From: Catajapyx aquilonaris
Taxonomy: Eukaryota
DNA length: 64,000 nt
Direction: 5' to 3'
Assembly: GCA_000934665.2 (NCBI GenBank)
Contig: JYFJ02000454.1
Span: 1 to 64,000 of the forward strand
Below, one piece after another: positions 10,237 to 55,700 of this stretch (positions are counted from its first letter, which is position 1; each line of letters begins with the position of its first letter). The position numbers and the translations under genes are program-made. A model generated the notes under the pieces. The model had not been told where the DNA came from. It made no database searches and saw only the letters and a program-made list of their open reading frames with translations.

Positions 10237-12749
10237 CCCTTCTTCTTCTTCTTCATTTTCTTACAACCTACCCGGCTAAGCAAGTTGGGCAGGTAAAGTA
10301 GCGGCCTCCATGAGACCTGCTGCCACTCCCGGAACTATGCTACCCGTTTTTCGCACAAAAAGGTGCAAAAACGTTTAAAATTAAGCCTCCCACGCTTGAC
10401 TTGAAAGTGCGGCTTTGACATTAATTTTATGGTGGAATATATATTTTAAAAAGGCTGGCCCAGGAAAAATCTCTCTTGTTAACCCCCATCTCACAGGTAC
10501 AAATGGTACTTTCTCCTCCATTTTGGATCCTTTTCAGAAAATTTGCACGATATATTTGGGGGATTCTTCGTACAAAATACATGAACCCGTTATCCTTCGT
10601 AGCTCATGCTCTGCTTTTAATCGGCTTGCCTTTTAACACTACTTTCACTATTGGAGATGGCCCGTTCTCTGTACAACCGAAAAACAATACCGTTACGTAC
10701 CCTTCATGCTGATCGGATCGCATAAACTGGCCGTTACAACACTGTTTTCAAAATCCTCGAAGATGCAATGCAGGAAATTGATGTCTGACCTACAGTGTAC
10801 AGTATTAAATGCACGGTATGCAGTGCTTGGATGCCGAGACATTCTTTCCACAGTCCATTTCGCATTACGCTGCTGAGAATGCGCGGAATTGTTACAGGAA
10901 TTTATTTCATACTTTTGCACAGAAGCTTCGGTCGGTTACCCGGATCCGTCGCTCAGAACACCCCAAAAAACAGGGTATGTAATTTAACGCAAGGGCAGGT
11001 CTTAACATGGCGGAACATTCAAATTCCTACTGCAAAATATTGCTTTAAAAAATAATGCCAATATGCCTGTGCAAAAATAATACGGTACCAGAAGGAACTC
11101 ACCAATTGGATGTACTGCTTAATTTTAGCGAAAGGGAAAGCATTTTGGCACTTTCGCCCTCTCTCTTCAAAAGTTTAATTATGCTTGCGAAAGACACGCA
11201 GAGCCCATTTTAAATCTTAGAAACAATGGTTCCCAAGTCGAATTCCTATCCCGTCTCTTATGGTCATTATGTAACATTGGAGCCAACCAGACCGAAACTA
11301 ATTAATTGGGTTGCCTTTGGCGGATTAGATAGAGGCGACAAGAAAGAAAAAAAGGTACGAAGAGTTTTGGTTCCTTTCGGTCACGAGAGACACGAAAAAG
11401 AGTGACGGTTTCGTGGACATCCAGGTACGATTATAACCTGTTCACACCTACGCGGATTCAGGACACTTTTCACGGGCTGATGCCGCAACAATGAGGACCA
11501 CTGTTGACGGATGCGCCACAATGTGAAGGCACATTTGACCCTTGGGGGTGTCCGCCCTCGCACCATTGACAACAACCCCACGTCCTACATAAGCCTCCAG
11601 CAATTTTCAAAACCCAATCCTCCGCTAGTTCTGGTCCAGCATCCGGGTCCCATCCTCACCTTTCCAACCTGAACTCGTCCGATGGCCTCTTTCGCGCCCG
11701 TTCCAACAAGTCATCCACTTCTGAGGATGATGGTCCAACACTCGCGATCCACTGGACTAAACACTTGTCACTTTATCCGGATGCTGTTAAACTTTGTAAT
11801 AATACGCCACTGGTGTTTGTACGAGGAGGCAAGTAGAGTCCGTTGTGCACAGTCCGACTACATCTCGCCAACTGGAAGGCCTCTTTCCTGGTCTACCAAT
11901 GGGCGAGTGGCTGCTGCCACCACGAATGAGGTCAACTGCCTGCCTCCTCTCTCTCCCCTTGCACCCCTTCCAGCAACATTTTCAAACCGAGCCAGCAGCC
12001 TGTTTGTTCTCCTCTACATCATTCAGCCTGCATGCTTGGAGTAGTCGCATACCATTCTTGTGCTGGTGGTGGTCCATAATCCGGAAACCTACTCGCTCGT
12101 AAATAACTCTGCCAGCTGTTGTGAGCTGTGACCAATGGCACCAACTGACCCCCCCTTCCTGGCCTAACAGTCCATGTAGTACCACATTCCTCACATATAT
12201 GGCACACTACTGCCACTCTCAGGGTCCATGGACAAACAGAGGCACAGACTCGAGCCAATTCTATATATGAAAATCAAATTGAACTGTCCTGATGTACACC
12301 CAAGTGGATCCTCACGGTGACCCAACGAGACCATCAAAAGGGCAATAGTATCCGTTGCCCTTCACAGCACTTTCTAAATGCTCCGGGGCAGCCTTCTCCT
12401 TTCATGTAACATTATTTAAGGGTCAAAATGAACTTCATGCTTGATGACTGATGAGACTTTTCTATTTCCAAGTCATGGGGGCGTGACCACTTGGGATGAT
12501 CGCTGGTCAGATCCGCAATTACCGTTGTGGGAAAAGGTAACGGTACTGTGCAATTTTAGGATGCTGCTTTTATGCATGGCGACAAAATCACATCACGTTT
12601 TTGTTCAAAAATAATTACCTGTCTTGTTCCATGCACCGGTGTGACACATTGTGGTAGGATAAAAAGCTGGCAAGGTCATGTGGAAAGGAAATGTTGACCT
12701 AAATAGATAACATGAACAATGGGCCTCGCAATTTTATAAATATCAATAT

Positions 12750-12755
12750 TTTATT
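12750..12755 (-). terminator. Putative Eph polyadenylation signal AATAAA
   Basis: AATAAA on the minus strand ~2.3 kb after the Eph stop, with a TGTA element ~25 nt upstream, at the end of an AT-rich, UTR-like stretch. Confidence 0.5.
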
Positions 12756-13342
12756 CAAATAACACAGTAATGGCTTTGTACAAGAATGCACATACAGAAT
12801 GATTTTTTTCAGCTTTCTCAAGAAGCAAGCCAACACTCAGACGAGGTATGAAAAACATGTCCTTTCTTTATATTACTCTTCTCCTTGTGAAAGCTTCTTT
12901 TTTTTCCATATTTTTCGAGAGCAGCTCCATGAGCACAAATCACCATCAGGCTTTTCCGAAACATGGGAAAAAACTGCCACTTGTCTTTACAAAAATTAAA
13001 AACTAAAAAAATGTATGGAATTCCAAGGTTGAAAGGAATTCCAACTATGCCTCTTCTCTGTATACATTTTGTTCAGCAATACAAAAAAAAATGCAAGTAT
13101 TGCATGGTTCATTTCCGGACAAAGAGCATCCTACAGAAAAAACTACGTTATGTGAAGGGGCTTTAGCCCACCTTACTGGGTACGAGTACTGTTATTTAAA
13201 AATTTTCTTTCTGGTTCCATGAAAAAAAATTACATGTCGTTTCAGATCAACCTTTGTGCTTCCAAGACAGACTGCCCCCTTTTTCTGGTAAGGGTTTTAA
13301 AATTGAGTTCAATCCCAGTGATGAGGACAAGAGTGCTGGGCA

Positions 13343-13450
13343 CCACTCCGCAGCAGTTTGGGATGTTGATTATGACCTCATTATTGCTGAGGTGTGAGAT
13401 TGTAACACAGTCCTATATTGGCAACACGATCCCAAACTGCTGCGGAGTGG
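13343..13450. repeat. Perfect 22-bp inverted repeat with 64-nt spacer in the putative Eph 3'UTR
   Basis: ccactccgcagcagtttgggat (13343-13364) / atcccaaactgctgcggagtgg (13429-13450). Confidence 0.9.
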
Positions 13451-15070
13451 GATCCCAGGCATTAGGCCTTTTATACCACTTTTTTTTCCTCACTCATCGC
13501 TCAACCGCATTTCCTGCTCACAGAACAGCACAGGACCAAAACCTCATTCAACATATCACACTAAAATCATATTACAGCAGTGGGTGGGGGGGAAATGGGG
13601 TGGTCTTTAAAAAAAAAAATTGGGGACAGAGAGAGATATTTTATCACAATACAGAGAAAATATTTTACAAATATTTTACACTTATCTTACATTTGCTGAT
13701 TTCTTCATCACCTAAATCTCCTGCCATAACGTCAAACCTGCATCTAACCAACCTAAACCAAAAAAACTGGTTTGTGTTAAGTAACTGAATCCTTGGAAAA
13801 ACTATATAAGAAATGGTCACAACCGCATCAGTTGCTTCTGGAAATATATCATAATAAATACTGTGTTTGCAGCCAGATAGGTACAGTATGACAGAGAAAG
13901 TCGTAGTGGATCTTTACAATATAATCACACGCACATGCGCTTGATATGGTCACATTTTGAGCACCTGCATCCATCATTATTATTTCCCCGTTCCCCCCGA
14001 GTGTGCTTCATGTGAGTGTGACTTCAACAATCTGATTTTCTTTTTTAAAAATAAACAATGGAAATGAAACTTAACCCTCCTCAGTTGGCTCGAACGCTTG
14101 CATACACTTTTTTCAGTCCTTACCCTGCATATTGCTTGGGATGCACATTTACAGGCAGTCGGTAGTAAGACTGGCAGATAGCAAAAAATAATAATAATAA
14201 TGAATCCTCGGGATTCACGAAACAGAAATGAAATGAAAATATATGAAGAGGTTTGGAAGAATGATACATGGATATAATGAAAAACTGGGGCAGTAGTTTG
14301 ATATGTTTTCCCAGAAGGGGGTGGCATATCTGATTCAACAAAGTTTCTATTATCACATCTCCCACATTATTATTATTACCGGCATTATTATTATTTTTTG
14401 TTTTTAAAGTTACAAGCACGCACGCACATGCACACAGTCGAGACAATAGGAATGGGTGGAATCAATTGTAATACATGTACAAAAGAAGGGCAACAGACGA
14501 CCACGAATAGTCGCCTCTTCATTTTTTTTTCTCCCCTCCGCTGACATCAAAACTTGTCTTCTAGTACTGTCTTATTATCCATATGAACGATGTTTTTTTG
14601 GCAAACATTTGGCCACTTCTGGCAGCAAGGGGCAGTTTAGGTGGGGAGGGGAGACACCCCTCGACCCTTAACTCCCACCTAAAAAAACAAATAAGTAAAC
14701 AAAAACAACTTGAAATCACACACTCACACACCTAAACTTGATATCAGCGTTCCATTGGGGTCAGTGGAAAGAAAAACCGCCTGCCTAAGCAGACAACCTT
14801 AAATATCCAGATGCACTCGCGCACTCACATACGTAACCACACAAAAAAATGGACCCCCAAGAAATTTTCAGTCTTTAAAAACTTTGACCTAACAAAAAGA
14901 GGCGGAACAAAAATGACTCGCATGTCCTCCCCTTCCCCATCCCCCTCTCAACCGCACCCCAATGCACTTGATCTCCTAGAGTTCTCATCTCACTACCACC
15001 ACTGGCCGGATGAGGAGACATGTCTTATGCACCGAGGGGTCGTGACGGGGGATGGAGGAGAAGGGGGGTG

Positions 15071-48623
<33,553 letters not shown>

Positions 48624-51600
48624 GGGACGGTCCCCATGCACACACACGTCACCGAAAATCGTGGGTCACACCCAGGTCCGACTCGAGGTCACCACACTCC
48701 AGCAGCACCGCACACAACACTGCAAGCAAGAAAATTGGGGGAGTTAGGAAATTGGTTTACAACGATCCATTTACAACTCGAGTCCATAAAGCCAAACACT
48801 AAAAGGATCCCGAACTTTTACGATCTTCATAATGTGTATTATTATTATCGTGATAGTGGTGTGCACATGGCATGTGCAGGAAGGACCATAGGTACAAAAA
48901 ATAGTCTGAGAGAAAAAAAATGGCAGGGGCGCTTTCCTTTGTAACTTGTCATCATTTGTCCTCTCGCGCATATAAAGGACTGCGAACGACAAGCTTATCT
49001 ACATGATTCCGCGATTTCCCATCGTGTAACGAATAGTCAAGTTCCTTCCGCCGATGCATATTCCATTCCAAGCACAACTGCAATGCTACTCTCTCAATGT
49101 ACGTATATATAAAAAAGAGGTCAACTACGCTGCCTCCATGCTAATTCCTACCCCCCTGCGAGACGCATTTCGCATCAATACAAATTAGACGATTAGTCAC
49201 ATTACACATGACTGCCCCTCATTTGGAACCGCCAAAAAAAACGGACAGACGTTCCAATATTTTCCAATTATCGCAATTCCACAGATCCACGCCCTCTGAA
49301 AAAAAAACATAATGCAACTGGGGCCTCCCTTAACGGACCTATCCGAAAATGCTGGTAAACACATTATTCATCCTGGTTGTTCCAAGTTGCATCCTCAGCC
49401 AGGCAATTTCCAGCCCTGATTACTTGGATCAGCCCCAACTAGGCCTCATACCACGTGGCTATAGCCCAGCAATGGCCACCCCCCACGTGAGTAAAGGGAC
49501 GCCATCAAGATATCCGAGACATCCTGACAAAGGCAGGCCTGAAAAGGTGTGTCGGCAGCCGAATCCAAGTAGGAGGCCCTATTTAGGCCCCCGAATTGTT
49601 CCCTTGACAGCGACAATCGCACGCACGGGGGCTCTCCCCAATATAAATCCAGGGGGCGGCCATCTTTCCCATCCCCCCCCCCCTCCCCTGGTGAAAAAAA
49701 TACCCCTGGCCATGCATGTCTCCTGCTCAGAGCATGCTACTCATGCACTCTCTCGCCTGGGCCCAGCCTGGGCCTTCCCAAAAAGCCCCCTGAGCTATTG
49801 CCTTGCACAGAACCCACCCCGGCAATCAATCAAACTGCCAATATCTTCGCGTCCATCTCAGGCCATGTCTGAATATACGCGGCCTACATACAAAACAGGA
49901 GGGAATGTGTACACTCGGGGAAAATATTATTTTTCTGACACGGTACTAAATTTAGCCCCGGTTTTGTTTTGAAACCGTGTGGTCATCTTTTGGAGCCTAA
50001 TGCAGGTGAGTCACTAATTGCACAATGGTTTCATTGGAATCCAACAAAATCCACTGAGTCAAGCTTGGGAATATCAAGTATAGGACTGAATTTTTGTTGC
50101 ATTTTTCATCGCGAATAATTGACCAAATTTAGTTAATAACATACTGTTGGTTAGTTTTTGTCAACAAGTAGCTACAATCCGGCCGGATTTGTTTACTGAG
50201 CTCGGGATATAAATTACTCCCGAATTTTTCTGGTCGTGCATATTAAATTTATTGTTAAACGATCAGTTTAACAAGCACTAATTGAGCCAGGTGCATTCTA
50301 CCATTATTAACACGTTTTTTAAACTGGACCGAACTTACGTTATAATTCTCTGAGTACGTTATGAGTGAGACTGTAAGCCTGTACGAATAATCTTCTCACT
50401 CACGCGATTTCATTAATATAATAAAGTGCACACTTGACTCATTAAAAAAACCTAATGCACTCGTAATATTCTTCCCAATTCGGGACCTGTACATTTCACA
50501 CACTCTACCGGGATTTGAACACAAATTTGGGTCATACTGCCACTGTGCACCCCCCAAGTGCTCCATTATAATATAACAATCTAAAAACGCTACAGGTCAC
50601 GTTTTTTCTCCCCTCATCCCAACAATACGGAACTTTTGAAATTCCCCACAGTCACGCTCAAAAACCCTTTTAAAAAACGCTCATAATGTAGAGATCACCC
50701 TGAAAGATCACTAATGGAAGGACATCACTTTTCCAGATTCAACACATTTTCCCATTACGGGAGAACAAAGAACAATTTCGCACTCCTTGAAAAACTTTTT
50801 TTTCTTCTTCTTCACATTCTTCCAAGAAGCGGATCTCATTCAGACCATATCTAGTGCAGCGTTTAGCAGCCACTAAACTCTTGCTTCTTTTCTTACCAGC
50901 CCAGCAGGGAAGGCTTTTAGATCCTCGGCGTCTAACCTTCCATACGTAATAAAAAAAGATGGGTGGGTATCCCGCATAACAAAACAAGCCGCTGCCAGGA
51001 AGTTCTAATGTTCTAATAGTCCTGGCAGGAAAGTTAAAAAGTTTACACGAAATCGTTCCATCTCCTACATTTTTTTTTCTAGATAAAAATATGTGAATCG
51101 GAGGAACGGTACCTTATGGCCCAGACCTTGAATGCAAGTTTTGCCCCCTTCCCTCATCTCTTCGGCAACAAAACGTGACGAGCCTCCAGTTCGGCCTTCC
51201 GTTGAACAATGGACAGCACGTGACGTGACGCGGCACGTCTTCGCCCCACTGTTGCCAAACCCCTGACAATCTACTAATACCTTTTACAGTCCCCAAGTTA
51301 ATCCATCTTTGCATAACTTCCATTAGTGAACCGCCTAATCTTACTGAAATGGCCCACTTTGCTCTCAGGATCCAAATATATTTTTTTTGGTGGCTCCTAT
51401 AACAGGACCAGTGCACGAACTGACTTCCGAGCATAACGTATGGTCACGCCTCGGAATTATCCCTGACCCAACACACCCAACACATGATCGCCACCAAACG
51501 GGGCAGGCCATTTTTTTATTGGGATAAAAATGCCGTTCAGATCACCCCATTTCAGGTGTAATGAGTTGTTTACCGTAAAATGTATCCAGAAAAAAAACAA

Positions 51601-52610
51601 GGTCAGTATGGAAAATAGCCTTGCAATTAAGTGAATTTTTAGTGTTTCGCAATTATAGCCTTGGATATTACAAGGTTGCACCAGGCTATAATTATAATGT
51701 ACAGGGTACTCCATAACTCCTCTCCACCTTGAATATTTATTTCGAAAAAATTTTTCCTTCAAAATGTCGTACTAACCACAATGTTTCAAGTCCCCATTAA
51801 TTGACCCTGTCGCCCTTGATTCACTTCACTTACCCCTCTTTTGTGAGCCGAATTCCCTCTCCGGAACTGGCCCGTATCCTGACTCTCGGCCCACCAACAA
51901 AAGAGGCTCACTTTTTCACCCAACCAAAGATCAATATTTTCTTCCTGTGTATATATACCACGCCCAATAGTTTACTCCCGAACTTCCATTCCAAAAAATT
52001 CCATGCACTTTCTAGCAATCGTACAGGTTTGGCAAGAAAATTGATCAATTGATTTCATGCCATTTCCTCTCAATCGGGTTTTATATTCCCCCCACAATAT
52101 TGAGAACGCAGATAAGGCCTTATTATGACCAGTTGCAGAATATTCCTTTCACCTTGCCCTCAGGATATACCTTGTGAGATACCCCTCACCCTTCCTGAGA
52201 GTGGACGGAACTACCATTAAGTCTCTCTCTCTTTTTTTCTATCCATCATGGCGGCACCCTTTTCTTCCTTATCCCCTCCACCTCGCCCCGACACCCTCCC
52301 CCACCCTTTTCGATAATCAAGCTCAATCGCGCTCAATGGCAGTCCATTTCCTTCCCCGGAGTTTCCTTCCGTATCAGGCGATCCGGTCCTTTCTCCAAAA
52401 GGGCCTGACTTCCACTTCCACCAAGTTTTTTTTCTTCTTCTTCCGGGGAGGCCTCTTGAATTTCGTGAACTTTGGTGCGAGGCTAAGCAGTTTTACCTCG
52501 ATTCAAAAAGTTGGTCCGAGGTTAATTAAATTCACCCTGGCAGGGACAAGCAAACAGCTTTAAATCACGCTCACAGATGGCGAACGCGGCAAGTATTATG
52601 CAATATTTGA

Positions 52611-52738
52611 CAGTTTTCTATATATCGTAATTTTACATATTCCAGTTTTCTATATTTCGTAATTTTACATATTGCAGTTTTCTATATTTCGTAATTTTAC
52701 ATATTACAGTTAATTTGCTATATTAATTTTACATATTA
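52611..52738. repeat. AT-rich minisatellite, 32-bp unit x3 plus one degenerate copy
   Basis: cagttttctatat(a/t)tcgtaattttacatatt(c/g/a) at 52611, 52643 and 52675; degenerate at 52707. Confidence 0.92.
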
Positions 52739-55700
52739 AAATATTGTCCAATTGTTCTATATGGGAACGTTGCACAATTTAAATATTGAAACTATAGTTC
52801 CATCCACCAGAGGCCTCCCGCATTGCGCAGGCGCAGAACGGGGGCCAATCGGAAGCGTCGCGCAAACAATATACGGCGGGCCAATCAGATACCTCGGTCA
52901 TACAACAATGGATTTTATAATTATAGATCTAGTGCAATTTTACATAGTATACTAGAATATATCGCATTTTGAAATATTGGAGTGTTCCGCAATTTTAGTC
53001 AATTTTGAAATACCGGTATTGCAAAATGTTGCCAATATTTCATTTTCCAGCATCCCACACAGGCCTGTAAATCTCGCATTAGCCATCATCTTTTTTCCGA
53101 CTCGGGCCCTTTTACGGGATTTTGGCCAAGCCTGCCCACAACAAATGATTGCGCCGAAAATGACGGTAATCAACGCGCCGGCCATATTACAACTTAACCC
53201 CCCCCCCCCCCATCCCCCGACACCATAACCGTAATTTCTAACTTCCTGGAAGAAGAAGCTGCACAGGGATAAAATTATCCCAGGTATTGTCCACGCCCTT
53301 TTTTTTTGTTTCATCCGGTCACCTGCACCAAATATTTTTCCTTAAGGCCCGGTGCCTATTGTTGATCGAAATTCACACAATGTAGACATTTCTTCTTAAT
53401 TTTGGATCATGCAACCGGGGCCCTTCCCAAGAAATTTAGCCCATTATCTCATCCAGCCACCTGATGGCCCCCCTCCCCTTGGCCAGGGTTGCCAGACCTG
53501 CCTGCGGTCAGCCAGGCAATCCTCAGGTAGAAGAAAGTTAGACAAAAAAAATTCCAGAGACACGGAGGTCACAGGTTGAATAAACTTGTACATCAAAAGG
53601 CGTTTCCCCGCGATTTTGTGCATCCGGAGTACACTCTCTGAATATTAAATACCCAACCGTTTCCCTCAAAATGTACCGAATTTAATTAGGCCAGTATATT
53701 GCTCAAATATTTTTGGTGGGATGGCTACACACATCGTCACTTTTTGGCGGCCTTTGATGAATGGGCCTGTATGCGGAAGGTATGATAACGCCCCCACGCC
53801 CACCCCCCTATCAACCGGTTTCTACCCGCATTTTTTTGAGACCCAACAGACATGTAATCGAACAATTACAACCAATTCCTTAATACCGACTGTTCATCTC
53901 TGACTCATTTTTTTTTGCAGAGGTACCGTTCTCCAAAAAAATATTATTTAACAAAAAAAAAATGTTGGTGGTATATCCGTTATTTCCAGCTCTGGGGCTT
54001 AAAAACTTGAGTGTGGGCGTCTGATCCTCAGGTGCGAACATATTTCTAATCCTTACCAAGAAGGCGGCCATTTTTCCTTCCTCCAGCCTCCTGTCTTCGG
54101 CCAGCAATTTGTAGCCCAGAGTAGGAAAACTTCCCCTCGTCCCATTTGTCTTTCAAAGTCCGTTCCTCCATTTAGTAATTAAGGCAACTTGGGTCTCCAT
54201 AATTCTTCTTCTAAGTCCATTACGTAATGAAGCGAAGTTAGACAGCAGTTAGGAAGAACCCACTTTGTTCCCTGCTCATCCCTGCTCCGTTCCCTAGGGT
54301 TTCGGATAAGAAAAAAAATTTTTGACCCAATTTTCTTCAAGCAGATTTTGCAGCATCAGAACCTTGGCCATCCGTCGGCTTTTCATTTCACGGTGCATTA
54401 GAGGCCCCCTTCAAGGCCGGTGCGCCCGGTGAAAATCACGAAGAAGAAACTTGAGGGCAGACCAAGAGAAGGCCGCCGCCCTTCCACGCCCTGGGCGCTT
54501 CCAAGGAGGGCAAAGAACCCCTCCAGTTACACCCCCTTTGAACGAAAAAAAAAATACCTGAGTGTGGGCAACAACCAAAAAATCGAACATCATCATCATC
54601 ATCATCAGAAAGATCCGTGATGAATATTCCAAACCACTTGACGCCATTCTTACCCATCACCCCCCTAAGACAGCTTATTCCACTGAATAATCACGCACAT
54701 GGCTTCTCTTCAAGAAAACATCCCCAAAAAGAATGGCCACCTTTTTGACCCACAGTTTGCGGCCTTGTAAGGTGCAATTACAAGATAAAACCGAACGGCA
54801 GCTGTACGCGCACCTGTTTTACCCACCCCGATTGCCTTCCAGGGTACACAATAAGTGGATCAAGTCTTTCGAAGGACGCCACTGATTTTTATCCAGTGGC
54901 ATGTGCTCAATTTTTACACCCAAAAAAATTTAAACGCAAATTTTTAAAACCACTATTTAAACAGTCGGTCGTGATAATTGAGCCCACCCGCACTCTCATT
55001 AAACTATCAAATGACCCTTGAGGCAACCCCACTATCTCTGTATCAAAAACAGGCCACTCCTCTTTTTTCCCCCGAAAAAAACATACTTCACATGATTCAC
55101 CTGGCCCGCATGGATCCGCACACCTTGCGCTCGCATTCCCAAACACCTCTCACTTGCGCTGCGCGGCTGTCCATTATCGCACGCAACTCCCTGCACAAAT
55201 CATCCCTGGGACGTGCAGGACAACTCAATCACATCTGACAGGGGGCTGTCGCATGTTGCATGAAAATCCGCATAACTCCCGGACGCCATAAGAGTTAGTT
55301 TTTGGACTCATGACCACCGACGGTTCTGTTCCCATGGGCACATTTTTTTGTCACCTGAAAGTCAAGGTCCAAATGACAACACCTTCCCGAAAATAAAAAA
55401 AACTACAATATCACCATATAAGATGGGATTGGTCCGGATCCGGATCAGGTTTATTCAAGCCCCTCCTTACACCTGAAACATCAGGCTTCTTCATTGGCAG
55501 ACATACACCGGAAAGGGGCGTGGTAACCACAAAACCATCAGACCATGCACTTCTCGCCTTTTATTTTTTTTTACTTCAAAAAAATCCTCCTTATGCATGT
55601 ACAATTCCCAACCCACTAAAAACGCGACTAATAGCGTACCTTCAAAATGAGCGCTTTTGGAGCACGACAGAGGGCATTACGGCCAATTAAAGCCTCGGAG

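Noticed and set aside
13318..13390. Possible C/D-box snoRNA on the plus strand (GTGATGA ... CTGA)
   Set aside because: No convincing terminal stem or recognisable rRNA guide. It is antisense to a 3'UTR rather than intronic in a same-strand host, and the inverted repeat explains the region better.
13219..13788. 189-aa plus-strand ORF
   Set aside because: Antisense to the putative Eph 3'UTR, crosses homopolymer runs and the inverted repeat, and has no protein-like features.
49349..49972. 207-aa plus-strand ORF with a hydrophobic N-terminus
   Set aside because: Pro-rich translation of C-rich non-coding DNA, no family motif or exon context; likely chance, though not excluded without RNA data.
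52611..52738. CRISPR-like appearance of the 32-bp repeats
   Set aside because: Units are head-to-tail with no unique spacers, there are no cas genes, and the context is eukaryotic; this is a minisatellite.
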